Source: Octopus sinensis (taxonomy: Eukaryota). From it: 64,000 bases of DNA. A model generated the notes under the pieces. The model was not told the DNA's origin. It did no database searches and was given only the letters and a program-made list of their open reading frames with translations. The stretch covers positions 10,974,001 through 11,038,000 of the forward strand of contig NC_043012.1 of assembly GCF_006345805.1 (NCBI RefSeq), given 5' to 3'. Numbering within the stretch: position 1 is the first letter of the stretch; each line of letters starts with the position of its first letter. Below are positions 62,688-64,000 of this stretch, in pieces. The translations under genes were made by a program, and so were the position numbers.

Positions 62688-63056
62688 AATTGAAACAAAT
62701 ATTAATCAACATCCTGAAAATTATAATTGTTGTTAAGAGGTTAACTATTGACTTTAAGGGTTAATTCTGTTCAAGATATGGAAGGGAGGCAACTTTGAAA
62801 TGATATAGGAACTAAAACAAATATTTATTAACATCCAGGAAAATTACAATTGTTCAGAGGTTAAGACACAAACTATAAACATTAAGGGTTAACTCTGTTC
62901 AAGATATGGAAGGGAAGCAACTTTGATATGATATAGGAACTGAAACAAATATTAAGATCCACGAAAATTGCACTCGATGTTAAGAGGTTGAGAGACAAAT
63001 TTTTTACTTTAAGGGTTAATTCTGTTCAAGATGTGAAAGGGAGGCAACTTTGATAT
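62688..63056. repeat. Three-copy tandem repeat, about 127-bp unit
   Basis: taagggttaa(t/c)tctgttcaagat at 62755, 62883 and 63010. Confidence 0.9.
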
Positions 63057-64000
63057 AACAGTTTCAGAGATGTTTTGCTCTTATCAGAGCTCTTCAATGA
63101 AGTATGGTTGTAAGAGTTCTTTACAAATTTGTGTCATTGTAATTGGCATTTGTCATTTATATGGGACAAATACCTGCATTCCTCTTCCCTAATATTTTCA
63201 GTATTGAATTTTCTTTTGTCATTGAGTGTGTGTATTATTGATAGTGGTGGTGGTGGTAGTGGTTGTGATGGTTGTTGTTGTTATAGAAGCGGTGGTGGTG
63301 GTGGTAGTTACTATGTAACCAGAAATCTGTTGCCAATTTGGCAAAGAACAGCCTGCGTACACAAGCAGTTTGGCTCCAAACTTCCCGATTGGCATCAAAT
63401 CCAAGAGTCACCTTTTTGTAGCCCTTGTTAAGCCCTATCTACACTTTGTTATGGGAGGTGGGGGTTATATTATAAGGGGGATGGCGGATGAAGGGATTAA
63501 AGCATGCCGGTGGTGATGGTGGTGGGGAAGAGTGGTGGCAGTGGCGACGATGGAGGTGGTGTTGGTGATGGTGGTGATGTTGGTGGTGGTTATGAATTGT
63601 GGTATAAATAGTTTGACAGCCTTGAAAGGAACAAGGTTTTGCGTATGTTTGTCTGTGTTTCGTCTGCTGCTGTTAGAGAAAGAAAGAAAGGTAAGAAGAA
63701 GTAAAAAGAAAACGAAGAGGGAGGGGAAAGGGGGAGAGAGAATGTGAGAAAGAAATGAAGAGAGAGAGAGAAAGGGAGGGAGGGAAAGAGAGAGAGAGAG
63801 AAAGTGAGACAGAGAATGAGTCAATAAATAAATGAAAGATAAGATAGAAAGAGAGAGGAAGAGAGAGAGAGAGAGAGAGAGAGTGAGTGGATTGAAGCGA
63901 AAGCGTTAGAGTTAGGAAGTGTTGGAATGAGACAGAAAGAGATGAGAGAGAGAGAGGAGAGAGTATGGAGTGAGAGAGTGAGAGTGAATGAGTGAGTGAG

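Overview
AT-rich, microsatellite- and transposon-dense eukaryotic DNA. The SINE/LINE repertoire and repeat style point to a coleoid cephalopod, most likely Octopus (inference). One protein-coding gene is recognisable: La-related protein 6 (LARP6) on the minus strand, 42198-44234, 678 aa in one uninterrupted ORF with La motif, RRM and C-terminal LSA/SUZ-C motif. It has a long acidic N-terminal extension, a candidate 5'-UTR intron and a CRE/E-box promoter at about 45.2-45.35 kb. The rest is a TE mosaic: at least four tRNA-derived SINE families, RTE, BovB-like, CR1-like, Tx1-like, R4/Dong-like, HERO-like, CRE-like and Penelope-like remnants, Tc1 and maT transposase remnants, and TIR MITEs of Merlin, piggyBac, mariner and Tc2 type, plus non-autonomous Helitrons. 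The main points worth follow-up are: (1) a 1.47-kb two-LTR Gypsy derivative whose tRNA-Trp PBS is fused directly to the integrase C-terminus; (2) 183-184-bp tandem units in two unrelated SINE families; (3) several fold-back structures, including a 140-bp inverted duplication just upstream of the LARP6 promoter; (4) CpG-depleted blocks with isolated splice signals that hint at an unrecognised larger gene. I cannot support a wholly new biological system from sequence alone. Repeat boundaries are approximate unless stated, and family assignments rest on remembered motifs, not database searches.
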